DNA from: a virus
Lineage: Duplodnaviria > Caudoviricetes
Direction: 5' to 3' (one strand)
IMG/VR virus record: IMGVR_UViG_3300025011_000122
Coordinates: 1 to 33,986 of that record
Length of the DNA: 33,986 nucleotides
Positions 33,084 through 33,986 of the stretch are shown one piece after another (within the stretch, counting starts at the first letter, position 1; the number at the start of each line of letters is the position of its first letter). The translations under genes were made by a program, and so were the position numbers. The notes beneath the pieces were generated by a model. The model made no database searches, was not told the origin of the DNA, and saw only the letters and a program-made list of their open reading frames with translations.

Positions 33084-33986
33084 AGAAGGATTTACACCAT
33101 ACAACATTGACGAATTAACGGACGAAAGCATTTTAGATAACAGTGTATTTGAATATATATTTATGTTTGAGGACCACATACAGCGAACCGACTTAATTGT
33201 AAAACTGACTGAAAAAGCAAGAAAATTAAATGTTGCTAGAAGTTTTAATACTAAGCTAAAAGCCCATCAAACTAATTATGTGCAAAAAATAAAAGGTCAT
33301 GGAAGCAATGTTGTAAAGTTTACTGATCCACCAATCAAAGATTTAAAATGTGGCAAATGGACTTGCGATGATAAAGGAGTAACCAAAACAACGTTGACTA
33401 ATGGGATGATACCTTCGACAGAAACGGCTTGCCAGCATCCCATCTTGCCAACAAGTTTACTTTGGAATATTGAGCAAAAGACAGAAAAAGTAGTTATATC
33501 ATTTTTTCGCTTTAACAAGTGGATGAATGTAACAGTTAATAAAACAACAATTTCTAATACTCACAATATAGTAAATTTAGCTGATAGAGGCATAGCGGTA
33601 AACAGCCTAGACGCTCCAAATTTAATCTCTTTCTTATCAGATGTAATAAGTCTGAATGTCAATGAAATACCGCAACACAGGAGCATTAGTAGGCTTGGGT
33701 GGGTAGAAAACGAGTTTATACCTTATGTGTCGGATATCAAGTATGATGGTGATTCGGATTTTGCAAATTTATATGATTGTGTGAAATCTGTAGGAGATTA
33801 CACAGAGTGGAAAAAGCTTTGCGGTGAGCTAAGACAAAACAAAGTTTTTAGGTTAATAATGGCTGGCAGCTTTGCAAGTGCACTGATAGAAAGAGTTGGG
33901 ATATTACCGTTTGTGTTACACCTATGGGGAGGCACAGGAGCAGGGAAAACCGTTGCTTTAATGGTGGCTATGTCAATATGGGGTGA
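33055..33986 (+). CDS. DUF927-like replicative helicase, truncated by the window end (absent from the track)
   Basis: Open frame from TTG 33055; RLGW, FIPY and Walker A HLWGGTGAGKT near 33920-33950. Confidence 0.82.
   Translation, partial: MLSLADRLIEEGFTPYNIDELTDESILDNSVFEYIFMFEDHIQRTDLIVKLTEKARKLNVARSFNTKLKAHQTNYVQKIKGHGSNVVKFTDPPIKDLKCGKWTCDDKGVTKTTLTNGMIPSTETACQHPILPTSLLWNIEQKTEKVVISFFRFNKWMNVTVNKTTISNTHNIVNLADRGIAVNSLDAPNLISFLSDVISLNVNEIPQHRSISRLGWVENEFIPYVSDIKYDGDSDFANLYDCVKSVGDYTEWKKLCGELRQNKVFRLIMAGSFASALIERVGILPFVLHLWGGTGAGKTVALMVAMSIWG

Noticed and set aside
1-33986. Alternative genetic code, introns or inteins
   Set aside because: The core genes are intact and of ordinary length under the standard bacterial code, and all three stop codons are used.

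Overview
The window is most of a temperate, long-tailed (siphovirus-like) phage of a low-GC Gram-positive host, probably Clostridia-like. It runs from just upstream of terS through HK97-type head genes (terS/terL, portal, ClpP-type protease, capsid), neck and tail genes, holin/amidase lysis genes and a post-lysis adhesin-like cassette. An AT-rich accessory island follows (about 20.2-23.0 kb), then an att site carrying the 3' half of a tRNA-Leu(CAA) with phage genes on both sides (so apparently an intact attP). After that come the tyrosine integrase, a CI(S24)/Cro switch, small early genes, a C5 DNA methyltransferase, Lar, and a recombination/replication module (SMC-like ATPase, Sak4-like ATPase, SSB, CHC2 zinc finger, DUF927-like helicase cut off by the window end). 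The most notable observations are: (1) a LytTR-type (AgrA/ComE-like) 9-12-9 direct-repeat promoter upstream of two small paralogous unknown genes, with no LytTR gene in the window, which suggests the phage may read a host quorum-sensing signal; (2) a perfect 20-bp palindrome filling the promoter spacer of a gene ending in AARENGKKGGRPRK; (3) an overprinted +1-frame ORF inside a methyltransferase that also has about six TRD-like modules; (4) a ConA/LamG-like domain split by two inserted CBM-like repeats; (5) a probable ATC start codon; (6) a secreted-protein moron inside the tail operon; (7) a short antisense RNA unit at the end of lar. Family assignments come from motif recognition by eye; no database searches were run.
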